Positions 28,743 through 38,305 of a DNA stretch of 64,000 nt are shown piece by piece (the first letter of the stretch is position 1; the number at the start of each line of letters is the position of its first letter). This DNA comes from an uncultured bacterium (lineage in GTDB: Bacteria > Caldisericota > Caldisericia > JAAYUI01). A program made the position numbers and the translations under genes. The notes under the pieces were generated by a model that made no database searches, was not told the origin of the DNA, and saw nothing but the letters and a program-made list of their open reading frames with translations. The DNA is taken from positions 7,059-71,058 of the forward strand of contig CBDUSO010000003.1 of NCBI GenBank assembly GCA_965370295.1. The letters are read 5' to 3'.

Positions 28743-30203
28743 ATGTCAGATGAAGTAAGGGTTAGAATTGCCCCATCCCCAACTGGAAAACTCCACATCG
28801 GCAATGCAAGAACAGGTTTGTTCAACTATCTTTTTGCAAGAAACAATGGTGGAAAATTTATCCTCAGAGTTGATGATACCGACAAAGAAAGATCCACTGA
28901 AGAGTCAGAAAATGCCATCTATGAAGGCTTTGAGTGGCTCGGAATAGATTGGGATGAAGGTCCAAACAAAGGTGGAGATTTTGGTCCATACAGGCAGAGT
29001 GAACGAGGGGATCTCTACCATGATGCAATAGAAAAACTCCTTGAATCCGGGAATGCATACTTTTGTTTTTGTCCAAAAGAAGAGCTTGCTCAAAAGAGAA
29101 CAACAGCCGAAAAAGCTCACGAGATTTACAGATATGACAACAAATGCAGAAATATTCCTTTAGCAGAAGCCAGAAAAAGAGTAGCAGATGGGGAACGAGC
29201 AGCAATCAGATTGCGAATTCCCGATGATTTGGCTATCACTTTTACAGACATGATTCGTGAAGAGATTGAGGTAAAATCAAATGCGTTTGATGATTTTGTG
29301 ATTGCAAAACCAAACGGTGATCCTCTCTACAATTTGGCAACTGTCATTGACGATCACCTGATGAAAATAACCCATATTTTGCGAGGACAGGACCATCTCA
29401 CAAATACTTCAAAGCAAATTCTGATATTTAATGCTTTGGGATATGATTTGCCAAGATTTGGGCATTTCTCTCTCATCATGGATAAAAATAGAAAAAAGCT
29501 GAGCAAACGTGCTGGGGCTGTTTACATCGGTGATTTCAAAAAAGATGGATATTTACCACAGGCGGTTACAAATTTTATTGCACTTCTTGGATGGTCGCCT
29601 GGTGAAGATCGGGAAAAAATGATCTTGGAGGAGATGGTTCAGGCATTTTCCATGAAGAGAATTCAGAGATCGGATGCAATCTTTGACACAGAAAAATTGT
29701 TATGGTTGAATGGTGTTTATATACGAGATATGTCTCTTGACAAATTCCTTGAAACCGTAAAACCCTACCTGAAATCCGCAGGGTATCCTGTTGATGATGT
29801 TTCCTCCGAGTGGCTGAAAAAAGTTGTCTCACTTGAACAGGAACGAATAAAAACTTTCGCAGAAGCCCCCGAAGTGTTTGAATTCTTCTTCAAAGACCTC
29901 CCGTATGATAAAATCTTGCTGACCAAAAAAACCAAAAAAACTGAAGAAGAAGTTGCGTCTGCTCTTGGAATTGTCAAAGAAAAACTTTCAAAAGTTGAGC
30001 AATGGATAGAACCAGAACTTGAAAAAACCTGCCGAGAAATCGTTGAAAGTTTAGAATGGAATGCTGGACAACTCTTCATGCCTATCCGAATTGCAATCAC
30101 AGGACGCAAGGCCACGCCACCGCTTTTTGACACGATGGAAGTTCTGGGTCGTGAGCTTAGTCTGAATCGCATTGACAAAGCAATCAGTTTGCTTACAGTC
30201 TGA
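28743..30203 (+). CDS. gltX: glutamyl-tRNA synthetase
   Basis: RIAPSPTGKLHIGNART is a HIGH-class motif, with a KMSKS-like KLSKR. Start at ATG 28743 after an AAAGAGG RBS. Confidence 0.9.
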   Translation: MSDEVRVRIAPSPTGKLHIGNARTGLFNYLFARNNGGKFILRVDDTDKERSTEESENAIYEGFEWLGIDWDEGPNKGGDFGPYRQSERGDLYHDAIEKLLESGNAYFCFCPKEELAQKRTTAEKAHEIYRYDNKCRNIPLAEARKRVADGERAAIRLRIPDDLAITFTDMIREEIEVKSNAFDDFVIAKPNGDPLYNLATVIDDHLMKITHILRGQDHLTNTSKQILIFNALGYDLPRFGHFSLIMDKNRKKLSKRAGAVYIGDFKKDGYLPQAVTNFIALLGWSPGEDREKMILEEMVQAFSMKRIQRSDAIFDTEKLLWLNGVYIRDMSLDKFLETVKPYLKSAGYPVDDVSSEWLKKVVSLEQERIKTFAEAPEVFEFFFKDLPYDKILLTKKTKKTEEEVASALGIVKEKLSKVEQWIEPELEKTCREIVESLEWNAGQLFMPIRIAITGRKATPPLFDTMEVLGRELSLNRIDKAISLLTV

Positions 30204-30206
30204 AAC

Positions 30207-30280
30207 GCGGTCGTAGCACAACTGGATAGTGCACTTGCCTACGGAGCAGGAGGTTGCAGGTTCGAACCCTGTCGACCGTA
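30207..30280 (+). tRNA. tRNA-Arg (anticodon ACG)
   Basis: Cloverleaf folded by hand. Acceptor GCGGTCG/CGACCGT (G1·U72 wobble), anticodon loop CTACGGA, T-loop TTCGAAC. No CCA encoded. Confidence 0.8.
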
Positions 30281-30305
30281 TATTTTGTCTGGAGTTTTTA
30301 GAGTG

Positions 30306-30758
30306 ATGATTTCCAAATTCATGAAGTTTGCATTTGAACAGGCATACCTTGCCAGAGAGCAGGGAGAACTGCCGGTTGGTGCAATTGTTGTGAGGGACGG
30401 GGAAGTGATAGGTAAAGCTTTCAACCATACACTGACAAACTCGGATCCAACCGCTCATGCAGAAATTCTTGCAATCAAAGATGCAGCAAAAACCATTGGT
30501 GATTGGCGTTTGACGAATTGTTCAATTTATGTAACCCTTGAACCATGCCCGATGTGCACTGGTGCAATCCTTCTCTCACGAATCTCAAATATTTATTTTT
30601 CAGCATATGACCACAAAGACGGAGCCTGTGGCTCCCGAATGAATCTCGCAGTACACCCAATTTTTGGACACAGTGCAAGGGTGCACCATGTTGACGGTGG
30701 AGAAGAATCATCAAACCTGATAAGAGAATTTTTCAGAAATAAAAGGAGAAAAAAATGA
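30306..30758 (+). CDS. tadA: tRNA-specific adenosine deaminase TadA
   Basis: HAEILAIKDA…LEPCPMCTGAI CDA zinc motifs. Start is uncertain between ATG 30306 and ATG 30321 (the latter after a shorter spacer from the tRNA). Confidence 0.8.
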   Translation: MISKFMKFAFEQAYLAREQGELPVGAIVVRDGEVIGKAFNHTLTNSDPTAHAEILAIKDAAKTIGDWRLTNCSIYVTLEPCPMCTGAILLSRISNIYFSAYDHKDGACGSRMNLAVHPIFGHSARVHHVDGGEESSNLIREFFRNKRRKK

Positions 30759-31699
30759 ACAAACATAATTTCATTGGAGAAATGAAAAGTGGAATGGAAG
30801 TTGATGGATATTACGTCCTTGTAAGAAAAGCTGAAAAATTGACAAAACATGGTGATCCATTTTTGAGCATGGTTCTCTCAGACAGCACAGGTCGAGCTGA
30901 TGCTGTGATGTGGAAAGAGGGAGTAACCAAGTGGGGAACAGACTTTGAGAGAAATCAGGTCGTCCGTATAAAAGGAAAAACCGAGGAGTATAACGACAAA
31001 GTTCAGATTGTTGCAGAGCGAGTTGGGGTTGCCGATCCAAATAACTATGACAGCAAATGGTTTCTTCCGATTTCACCTGTTTCAGTTGAAAATATAATAA
31101 CCCAGATAAAGGAAAATCTGGAAATTATCAAAGATGAAAAACTCAAGGAACTCGTAAATCTTTTTCTCTCTGACGAAGAACTTTTTTCAAAATTTGAAAC
31201 AGCACCAGGTGCTGTAAACCTTCATCATGCCTATCTTGGTGGGCTTGCTCATCACACACTTGGTGTGATGAATCTCTGTTTGGACATGGCAAGCAGGTAT
31301 CCCAACATAAGTCGCGACCTCCTCATTGTTGCGGCTCTCTTCCATGACATTGGAAAAATTCAGGAAAACACTTGGGATGTAAGCTTTGCAAGAACCGCTG
31401 ATGGTGATCTGCTTGGGCATATTATCCAGGGAATTCAGATTGTAAGACCGATGATTGAAAAGGTTTCACTGGACAAAGAAACCAGATTGAACCTTGAACA
31501 TTGCCTGATTGCTCATCATGGATTTTATGAGTATGGTTCACCAAAATTACCGATGACAAGAGAGGCACTGGCTCTCCACCTTGCAGATTATGCTGACTCT
31601 CATTTTGATGAATTTGACAGGATTTTGGAGGAAGTTGCACACGGTGAGGGGACTGGACCGATTCGTTTTCTTGATAATCGGAAATTGTATAATCTTTAA
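30755..31699 (+). CDS. yhaM: 3'-5' exoribonuclease YhaM-like (N-terminal OB-fold + HD domain)
   Basis: 314 aa. OB-fold N-terminus, then an HD motif (HHTLGVMN…ALFHDIGK). Start overlaps the tadA stop (ATGA). Confidence 0.7.
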   Translation: MNKHNFIGEMKSGMEVDGYYVLVRKAEKLTKHGDPFLSMVLSDSTGRADAVMWKEGVTKWGTDFERNQVVRIKGKTEEYNDKVQIVAERVGVADPNNYDSKWFLPISPVSVENIITQIKENLEIIKDEKLKELVNLFLSDEELFSKFETAPGAVNLHHAYLGGLAHHTLGVMNLCLDMASRYPNISRDLLIVAALFHDIGKIQENTWDVSFARTADGDLLGHIIQGIQIVRPMIEKVSLDKETRLNLEHCLIAHHGFYEYGSPKLPMTREALALHLADYADSHFDEFDRILEEVAHGEGTGPIRFLDNRKLYNL

Positions 31700-31726
31700 T
31701 GAATATCCTTTGATATTTTAATGTTT

Positions 31727-31770
31727 GTAGGGGAGGGTTTGAAACCCTCCCCTACGTTATTCTTATTTCC
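31727..31770 (+). terminator. rho-independent terminator after yhaM
   Basis: 14-bp perfect palindrome GTAGGGGAGGGTTT/GAAACCCTCCCCTAC followed by a T-rich tract. Confidence 0.65.
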
Positions 31771-31902
31771 TGTCTCTCTCTACGTCTTTCCCGTAAAAAC
31801 GGGAATCTAGGGTAGCAAAAAAGCGTATTCATATTTTGGAAAAACAATTGTTGAATCAGATAAGTTTTTTGTTTTTCATAAATGTGTACTCAGCTCCAAG
31901 AA

Positions 31903-31932
31903 CCCTGGATTCCGCATCAAGTGCGGAATGAC
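31903..31932. repeat. palindromic repeat, copy 1 (ccctggattccgcatcaagtgcggaatgac)
   Basis: 8-bp stem ATTCCGCA/TGCGGAAT. A near-identical 30-mer occurs at 38425-38454. Both lie about 110-135 nt upstream of a tRNA gene. Confidence 0.7.
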
Positions 31933-32037
31933 AAAGGAGGGCAAAAAGCGGACATCTCCCCTTGAAAAAGGGGAGCATAAACCGGAATGACGATGTATCT
32001 AATTGACTACCAACACACAAAACGTAAACTCACACGT

Positions 32038-32129
32038 GGAGAGATGGCTGAGCGGTTGAAGGCACCTGATTCGAAATCAGGAGTGTGGGGTTTCCTGCAT
32101 CGGGGGTTCGAATCCCCCTCTCTCCGCCA
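32038..32129 (+). tRNA. tRNA-Ser (anticodon CGA), CCA encoded
   Basis: Acceptor GGAGAGA/TCTCTCC, anticodon loop TTCGAAA, long variable arm, T-loop TTCGAAT, 3' GCCA. Confidence 0.85.
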
Positions 32130-32144
32130 TGGAAGGGAGATATT

Positions 32145-32918
32145 ATGCCAGAGAGTGTGCTAGACGCAATGCCTATCGTTGTTGCAGTACTTGGAGCTGT
32201 ATTGACCGGTTTCGTTAGTTTTTTGGTGTCCCGTTATAGTATTAAAGTTACAATCAGGGAAATGGTTTCTATTGAGTACAAGAAAACCAAAGCAGAACTA
32301 GCTTATGCAGAATATGTAAGATGTAAAAATGCATTTTACCAGGAACTGTACCATAATATTGTTAGTGCATTTGGTTATGCAAAAGATATCAAAAATGGAC
32401 CGGTAAGCTTTGGCTTTGATGATGACTCAGTGGATATAGTAGACGCAGAATTATTAATGCAAGACCGAAAAATACCAAACAAATCACAAGCAAAAGTGCT
32501 AAATTTATTCAGACAACCAAAAGATAATAGAGTTGCTTTTATAGAGCTAGAAACCGTCTTAGTTGTTGATTACCAAAACCAATGTAACGAAAGCATTAGA
32601 GTGTTGAACAATAGTATTGTCAGAGGTTATATTTATATGGCTGTGGAGTTATACGATAGGTGCAAATCTCTGTTGAAGAATATTGAAAATATTTTCAACA
32701 ACAGCAACAGGATAGGTTGTCTAAATGGAATAAAAAATCCTAAATATTTTAGTATAAAGGAATCAAAAAATAACATAACAGTAGAAAAACTAATGAATAG
32801 AAATTCACAAATATTAGACTCAGTCAGCAAATCGTTATTGGATATTGCTAAAGAAATAAAAGAAGAACTGGATAAACCGTTATCAGCTATTATGGATGAT
32901 GGTAGTAGTAAAAAATAG
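32145..32918 (+). CDS. hypothetical membrane-anchored protein (AT-rich islet)
   Basis: ATG start 15 nt after the tRNA-Ser 3' end. One N-terminal TM. GC content is clearly lower than the surrounding genes. No recognisable motif. Confidence 0.45.
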   Translation: MPESVLDAMPIVVAVLGAVLTGFVSFLVSRYSIKVTIREMVSIEYKKTKAELAYAEYVRCKNAFYQELYHNIVSAFGYAKDIKNGPVSFGFDDDSVDIVDAELLMQDRKIPNKSQAKVLNLFRQPKDNRVAFIELETVLVVDYQNQCNESIRVLNNSIVRGYIYMAVELYDRCKSLLKNIENIFNNSNRIGCLNGIKNPKYFSIKESKNNITVEKLMNRNSQILDSVSKSLLDIAKEIKEELDKPLSAIMDDGSSKK

Positions 32919-33264
32919 TATAAAGTCTAATTCAGTTATCCAATCCCACTCAACACAAATATCATAATACCCAGTCAAGCGCAACACCTTTGGACAATTC
33001 ATAGAAGGTGCTGGTATAAAAGAAATTCAAACTCCATAATATCCAGTCGAAGGTTCAAAATTCTAACACCTGAAATCTTGTAAGAACCCCCCCCCAATTT
33101 TCACAGCGTGAAAATTTGATCCCCTTGAAAAGAGGGGATTGACCACCCCCAATCCAAAGTCAAAAGTACTATTCCCATCCGTAGTAATTTAATTGAACAA
33201 TTCTGGTATATTCATACCATAATCCAGCTGATTCTAAAAGCTAGAAACGCAAAAGGAGTAATTT

Positions 33265-33582
33265 ATGCAAACTATGTTGTTGGTGAATACCGTTGTGAAA
33301 TCGCTGATAGTGATCGTTTGTGTCGTCGGTTTCATGTTTTCTCTGAACCTTGTGAGACACTACAAAAAGTCAATATTTGGGGTGCTGGCTCTGTTTTTGT
33401 CGATTGGTTTTCCGTTTATTGCTGTTGGAAAAGTGTTTGGAATAATTTCAAATATTACCGGAAATGGTAGACTCGGAAGCTTGAACGAAATGGTCTCGGT
33501 TGTTGGTCTGATCGCAATGTTGGTTGGATTGGTGCTACTTGACCGAACTGCCAAGAAAAAATTGGAGAGCTTAAATGCCTGA
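33265..33582 (+). CDS. small hypothetical membrane protein (3 TM)
   Basis: 105 aa, hydrophobic, with an RBS-like AAAGGAG upstream. Confidence 0.4.
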   Translation: MQTMLLVNTVVKSLIVIVCVVGFMFSLNLVRHYKKSIFGVLALFLSIGFPFIAVGKVFGIISNITGNGRLGSLNEMVSVVGLIAMLVGLVLLDRTAKKKLESLNA

Positions 33583-33913
33583 AGCCAGTGTTGGATTACC
33601 CGTTTACATTTTAAAATCATTGATTATTGGCGTTCTTATTGCAATGGTTGTGTTTTCGATACTTGTTTACAAACACTTCAAGGGTTCACATTTTGAAAAG
33701 ACTACAAAGTACTTTACAACAGGATTTTTTGCAATTGGAATTGCGATGATAATCTCCATTATTTTCGTATTCCTGCTTGACAATCACTTCGTGCCTATCG
33801 CTTATAAGTGGGCAATGTCTCTCTATGAAGTGCTTGGCTTTGTTGGGTTGTGTTTGGTGGTGTATGGTCTCTACAGGCATATCCACCATTCAGGAGTAGA
33901 TTCAGCCAGATAA
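33575..33913 (+). CDS. small hypothetical membrane protein (3 TM)
   Basis: 112 aa. Overlaps the previous ORF by 8 nt. Confidence 0.4.
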   Translation: MPEASVGLPVYILKSLIIGVLIAMVVFSILVYKHFKGSHFEKTTKYFTTGFFAIGIAMIISIIFVFLLDNHFVPIAYKWAMSLYEVLGFVGLCLVVYGLYRHIHHSGVDSAR

Positions 33914-33937
33914 AAATCTGGAGAATATCAGTGTGTT

Positions 33938-33978
33938 TATGCGTGGGGTGAGTTCTCTCATCTCACGCATATTTTTTT
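33938..33978 (+). terminator. rho-independent terminator
   Basis: TATGCGTGGGGTGAG…CTCACGCATA hairpin followed by TTTTTTT. Confidence 0.6.
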
Positions 33979-34094
33979 GTAAATCTTTCCTTTCTCACTT
34001 TTGACTTGTCAAACAAATCCATCTGTATATGATAACAATTGTCTAGAATCCAGACGTTACTACTCTAGCAATAAAACCTAAAAAAGGTGGTGAT

Positions 34095-34640
34095 ATGAAA
34101 GAGATTCGAATTCATGGAAGAGGAGGTCAGGGTGCAGTTACTGCCGCTGAGTTGCTGGCTACATCAGCATTTTATGATGGCAAATTCGCCCAGGCATTCC
34201 CAAGTTTTGGTTCAGAGCGAAAGGGTGCTCCCGTCATGTCGTTTGCTCGTGTGGATGACAAAAAAATCCGTACGAGGGTTCAGATTGAAACACCCAACTA
34301 TCTGATTGTTCAGGACTCAACGCTTCTTGCGGTGGTCGATGTTCTTCATGGTCTTGGTGATGATGGTTTAGTAGTTGTCAACACAACGAAGACTCCTGCT
34401 GAACTTGGACTGAAAACGAAGTCAAAAGTAATCACGCTGGATGCAACGTCAATCGCAGTTGAGGAGCTTGGAAAACCAATCCCAAACACTGTCATGATTG
34501 GTGCATTTGCAGGAGCTACCGGGCTTGTTTCAATTGATTCAGTTGAAAAAGCTGTTCGACATCGCTTCTCAGGTGAGCTTGGTGAAAAGAATGCGAAGGC
34601 ATGCAGAAGAGCATTCAATGAAGCAAAGGAGGCAAAATAG
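34095..34640 (+). CDS. porG: pyruvate:ferredoxin oxidoreductase gamma subunit
   Basis: 181 aa of the POR gamma family (MKEIRIHGRGGQGAVTAAELL…). Strong RBS AAAGGTGGTGAT. Confidence 0.85.
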   Translation: MKEIRIHGRGGQGAVTAAELLATSAFYDGKFAQAFPSFGSERKGAPVMSFARVDDKKIRTRVQIETPNYLIVQDSTLLAVVDVLHGLGDDGLVVVNTTKTPAELGLKTKSKVITLDATSIAVEELGKPIPNTVMIGAFAGATGLVSIDSVEKAVRHRFSGELGEKNAKACRRAFNEAKEAK

Positions 34641-34641
34641 A

Positions 34642-34911
34642 ATGAGCAAGGTAATCATTAGACCGGGTATCATTGTTCAACCAGGGACAACCAGAGAAAA
34701 CAAAACTGGTTCCTGGAGAAATTATGCCCCAAAATTTGACAAAGAAAAATGCACAGCATGTGCCCAGTGTGAAACCTATTGCCCGGAGTTTATTATTTAC
34801 GGAGATCGTGAACATAAATATGATGCAGACCTTGATTATTGCAAAGGTTGCGGAATCTGTGTCCAGGTTTGCCCTGTGAATTGTATTGAAATGGTTCTGG
34901 AGGTCAGGTAA
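34642..34911 (+). CDS. porD: pyruvate:ferredoxin oxidoreductase delta subunit (2x[4Fe-4S] ferredoxin)
   Basis: CTACAQCETYCP and CKGCGICVQVCP motifs. Start at the MSKVII ATG, 2 nt after the porG stop. Confidence 0.8.
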   Translation: MSKVIIRPGIIVQPGTTRENKTGSWRNYAPKFDKEKCTACAQCETYCPEFIIYGDREHKYDADLDYCKGCGICVQVCPVNCIEMVLEVR

Positions 34912-36086
34912 TGGCAAAGGTATTTATTGAAGGAAGCATGGCTATTGCAGAAGGTGCAGCACTTTGCAGACCTGGAGTAATCTCAGCCTATCCAATCACA
35001 CCACAGACTCACATTGTTGAGGATTTGGCAAAGTTTGTTGCCGACGGAAAACTCTTGTGTGAATTTGTAAACACCGAGTCAGAATTTGGTGCGGCATCCG
35101 TTGTTCTTGGTGCTCAGGCTGCCGGCGTTCGTTCATACACAGCAACCACATCACAGGGACTCATCCTCATGTCAGAAGTTCTCTTTAACGTTGCTGGAAT
35201 GAGACTTCCATTGGTCATGTGTGTTGCAAACCGTTCACTCTCTGCTCCACTCTCAATCTGGACAGACCATCAGGACGTTGTAACACTTCGTGATTCTGGA
35301 TTCATCATCATGTTTGCAGAAGATGCTCAGGAAGCACTCGATATGCACATGATCGCATTCAAAATTGCAGAGGACAAAAGGGTTCAGCTTCCAGTGATGG
35401 TAAACGTTGATGGATTTCTCATCACTCACACATATGAACCGGTTGATGTTCCAACTCAGGAACAGGTTGACAAGTTCTTGAAACCGTATGTGCCATTCCA
35501 GGAACTTGATCCAAAAAAACCATGTACCATGGGTGCATTCACCGAACCTGCCTATCACATGGAAGTCAGATATGCAATGCACAAGGCAAATGTTGATTCT
35601 GTAAAAGTTATCGAGGAAGTATCTGCTGAGTTTGAGAAACAGTTTGGAAGAAAAGCATGCGGACTAACCCAGGGATATAAACTTGATGATGCTGAAACCG
35701 TGGTTGTTGCGTTTAGTTCAATCACAGGATTACTTGAAGAGGCAACCGATTATCTGAGAGAAAAAGGTCAGAAGGTTGGCGTTCTCAAGATTAAAACCTA
35801 CAGACCATTCCCAGCAGATGCTATCAGAAAAGCACTTGCCGGTAAAAAACGTGTTATCGTTCTTGACCGTGCAATGTCAGCTGGATTTGGTGAGATTCTT
35901 GGTGCCGAAGTTCGTAGTGCCATGTATGGAGCAGACGGTCAACCACCAATCGACAGTTATATTTATGGACTTGGTGGAAGAGACATCAATGTTGCAACAA
36001 TCGAAGAACTGGTCAACAAACCCAATCCAGGAAAACATCACAGTGAATGGATTGGCGTAAGACATGACATTCTGGAGGAAGCATAA
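34911..36086 (+). CDS. porA: pyruvate:ferredoxin oxidoreductase alpha subunit
   Basis: 391-aa POR/KOR alpha domain. Start overlaps the porD stop. Confidence 0.85.
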   Translation: MAKVFIEGSMAIAEGAALCRPGVISAYPITPQTHIVEDLAKFVADGKLLCEFVNTESEFGAASVVLGAQAAGVRSYTATTSQGLILMSEVLFNVAGMRLPLVMCVANRSLSAPLSIWTDHQDVVTLRDSGFIIMFAEDAQEALDMHMIAFKIAEDKRVQLPVMVNVDGFLITHTYEPVDVPTQEQVDKFLKPYVPFQELDPKKPCTMGAFTEPAYHMEVRYAMHKANVDSVKVIEEVSAEFEKQFGRKACGLTQGYKLDDAETVVVAFSSITGLLEEATDYLREKGQKVGVLKIKTYRPFPADAIRKALAGKKRVIVLDRAMSAGFGEILGAEVRSAMYGADGQPPIDSYIYGLGGRDINVATIEELVNKPNPGKHHSEWIGVRHDILEEA

Positions 36087-36985
36087 TGGATAATCTAAAA
36101 GAGAAGTTAATGAAAAAGCATCTCCTTGCTCCTGGTCATACCGCCTGTGCTGGTTGTGGTGAAGCACTTGGAATGAGAATGATTATTGATGCAATCGGCT
36201 CAAACTCAATCGTTGCGAACGCAACCGGTTGCTCAGAGATTTTCACATCCAAATTCCCGCAGAGTTCATGGGAAGTTCCATGGATTCACTCTCTGTTTGA
36301 GAATTCTGCAGGTGTTGCAAGTGGAATTGAAGCTGCATACAAAGCCAAAGGTCGCACCGATGTTAAGGTTGTTGCAATCGGTGGAGATGGTGCAACTGCC
36401 GACATTGGAATGGGTGTTATCTCTGGAATGTTTGAACGTGGTCACAATATTCTTTATGTCTGTCTTGACAATGAAGCTTATATGAACACTGGAATTCAGC
36501 GTTCATCACTCACTCCTTTCAAAGCCTCAACCACCACATCCCCTGCTGGAAAAGTTTCCTATGGAAATCCAACTCGCAAAAAAGACCTCATGGCAATCGC
36601 TCTTGCACATCGTGTGGGATATGTTGCCTCATGCTCTCTCGCAAATCCAAGAGACCTTGAACGTAAAGTAAAAAAAGCCGTTGAACATGTTGGTCCATCA
36701 TTCATCCACTTCCATGCTCCCTGCCCCCTTGGTTGGGCTTTTGAATCTGACCAGACAATCAACATTGCAAAACTCGCAGTCAACACCGGATTGTTCCCCG
36801 TTCTTGAGTATGAAAACGGTGAATTAATCAAAGTTGGCAAGATCAAAAAAGTTCCAGTTAATGGATACCTTGAACTCCAGAAACGCTACCGTCATTTATT
36901 CAAAACTGACGAAGGCAAAGCATTTATTGCTGGCATCCAAGAGATTGCTAATGGAAATATTGCGAAGTTTGGTTTGGAGAAGTAG
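36086..36985 (+). CDS. porB: pyruvate:ferredoxin oxidoreductase beta subunit (TPP-binding)
   Basis: GDG-x-N TPP motif ([13 protein letters not shown]…[11 protein letters not shown]) and Cys ligands for the proximal cluster. Confidence 0.85.
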   Translation: MDNLKEKLMKKHLLAPGHTACAGCGEALGMRMIIDAIGSNSIVANATGCSEIFTSKFPQSSWEVPWIHSLFENSAGVASGIEAAYKAKGRTDVKVVAIGGDGATADIGMGVISGMFERGHNILYVCLDNEAYMNTGIQRSSLTPFKASTTTSPAGKVSYGNPTRKKDLMAIALAHRVGYVASCSLANPRDLERKVKKAVEHVGPSFIHFHAPCPLGWAFESDQTINIAKLAVNTGLFPVLEYENGELIKVGKIKKVPVNGYLELQKRYRHLFKTDEGKAFIAGIQEIANGNIAKFGLEK

Positions 36986-37029
36986 GACAGTAACCAGATA
37001 GTTATTATTTATTTTTGAAAATACAAAAA

Positions 37030-37056
37030 GGGAGTCATGAACTGACTCCCTTTTTT
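37030..37056 (+). terminator. rho-independent terminator after porB
   Basis: GGGAGTCA-tgaac-TGACTCCC hairpin followed by TTTTTT. Confidence 0.7.
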
Positions 37057-37110
37057 ATTATGCGGGGACAAGGATTCCTACAGGTTATCGATATTCATCT
37101 TGCTATGATT

Positions 37111-37213
37111 GTCATTCCTGAGAAATCGGGAATCCAGGAGATTAAAGAATTGAATTCAAATTCTGAAAAATCAACAATCAACTAGACAAGATTTCTGTTT
37201 TCTCAGGAATGAC
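37111..37213. mobile_element. MITE-like element with 15-bp terminal inverted repeats
   Basis: GTCATTCCTGAGAAA (37111-37125) is the exact reverse complement of TTTCTCAGGAATGAC (37199-37213). The 70-nt core is about 92% identical to 38325-38395. Confidence 0.55.
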
Positions 37214-37232
37214 AAGTCCTTATTTTCTTAGT

Positions 37233-37261
37233 TTGACAATATTAGTCTTTAGAAATAAAAT
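37233..37261 (+). promoter_or_regulatory. near-consensus sigma70 promoter of the TIR gene
   Basis: TTGACA-N17-TAAAAT lying 40 nt upstream of the GAGGAGG RBS and ATG 37301. Confidence 0.5.
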
Positions 37262-37300
37262 GTGTACTTGTTGAAATGAAATCAGAGGAGGCTTTAGGGT

Positions 37301-38275
37301 ATGTTTACGATTGAATATAAACTTGATAGTGATTTTGGGAAGGAACGGTTTTGGGTGTATATGGATTGGTCATACATGGAGGGTAATGAGGAGGGTATTG
37401 TTCTGTATTTTGATATTCCTGTAAATAATCCAAATGCAAATCGTGAACAGCTTTGGGAGGAATTCAATGCTTTTCTAAGAAGAGAAAAGGTTGAATGGTT
37501 AATCAAAGATGATGAAGATTATATTCTTGATTTTGACAATCTTCTTAATGACATCAGGACGGGAGATCGATATGAAAAAAGATGTACCAATTTCCCAGAT
37601 GTAGAATGGTTCAACGGAAAACTCGAAGTGCCTATTCGGCAGGGTGGTGTATCAGTAAATTCAGGCTCAGGTGATCCAAATGACTTGTATTGCACTTACG
37701 ACTTAACGTTGCTCAAGGCTCAGATTGAAAAAAGAAAAAGAGATATTGAAGAAATAAAAAAATTGCAAGCACCCAAAATAATTTTTCTAAGTTGTGCACA
37801 CGAAGACCGTAAGCGCATAGATGAATTTCAAAAGACATTAGAAGTTATAGGCTATGATTGTTGGTTTTATGAAAACGATAGTATTGTAGGAAAGCCTTGT
37901 TCAGAAGAATATTTGGCTAAAATAAAGAATTCAAGAGTAGTTGTATACTTCATTACTGAATCGTTTACTGAAAAGATAAAAAATACTGGTAGTGGTGTAT
38001 ACAAAGAGCTTTTTGCAGGTGTTGAAAGATACCAATCTGAAAATGAGAAATTCAAGATTATACCAATAATAATGCCTCCTCTGAGGGTAATTTATAAAAT
38101 ATTAAGAAAATTGGGAGTAAGGAAAATTAAGATTCCCAGTATTATAAAAGAGACTGATATTACATATTCGGAGGGTAAATCAGAACTTGAGTGTTTACGC
38201 ATTATTCTTAAGAGTATCCAAGATTTGGAATTGAACGAAGCAACAGATTACTTAGGTGCTTTTTCTTTTGAATGA
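37301..38275 (+). CDS. TIR-domain protein with unknown N-terminal domain (candidate antiphage/NADase effector)
   Basis: Residues ~160-300 match TIR motifs: KIIFLSCAHEDRKRI (box 1), DCWFYENDSIVGK (BB-loop region), SRVVVYFITESF, and GVYKELFAGVE (alphaC with the conserved Glu). The gene is AT-rich with a strong RBS. Confidence 0.6.
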   Translation: MFTIEYKLDSDFGKERFWVYMDWSYMEGNEEGIVLYFDIPVNNPNANREQLWEEFNAFLRREKVEWLIKDDEDYILDFDNLLNDIRTGDRYEKRCTNFPDVEWFNGKLEVPIRQGGVSVNSGSGDPNDLYCTYDLTLLKAQIEKRKRDIEEIKKLQAPKIIFLSCAHEDRKRIDEFQKTLEVIGYDCWFYENDSIVGKPCSEEYLAKIKNSRVVVYFITESFTEKIKNTGSGVYKELFAGVERYQSENEKFKIIPIIMPPLRVIYKILRKLGVRKIKIPSIIKETDITYSEGKSELECLRIILKSIQDLELNEATDYLGAFSFE

Positions 38276-38305
38276 TATATCCAGTAATAGGTCGCCATAC
38301 TCTTC

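Noticed and set aside
30285-30305. tadA start at 30285
   Set aside because: It lies only 4 nt after the tRNA-Arg 3' end. The downstream ATGs (30306/30321) fit the conserved TadA N-terminus.
32085-32144. N-terminal extension of the 32145-32918 ORF (track start 32085)
   Set aside because: It would overlap the last 45 nt of tRNA-Ser including its CCA. The internal ATG at 32145 is the plausible start.
33083-33128. Two tandem perfect hairpins as a possible small RNA or terminator
   Set aside because: No T-tract follows either hairpin and no promoter is evident. I keep it only as part of the islet description, since it may be a recombination site remnant.
34001-34036. sigma70 promoter for porG (TTGACT…)
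   Set aside because: Only the -35-like TTGACT is convincing. No -10 hexamer at 16-18 nt spacing scores better than 4/6, so it is not reported as a feature.
34498-34641. Long N-terminal extension of porD overlapping porG
   Set aside because: The conserved delta-subunit ferredoxin begins at MSKVII (34642), 2 nt after the porG stop.
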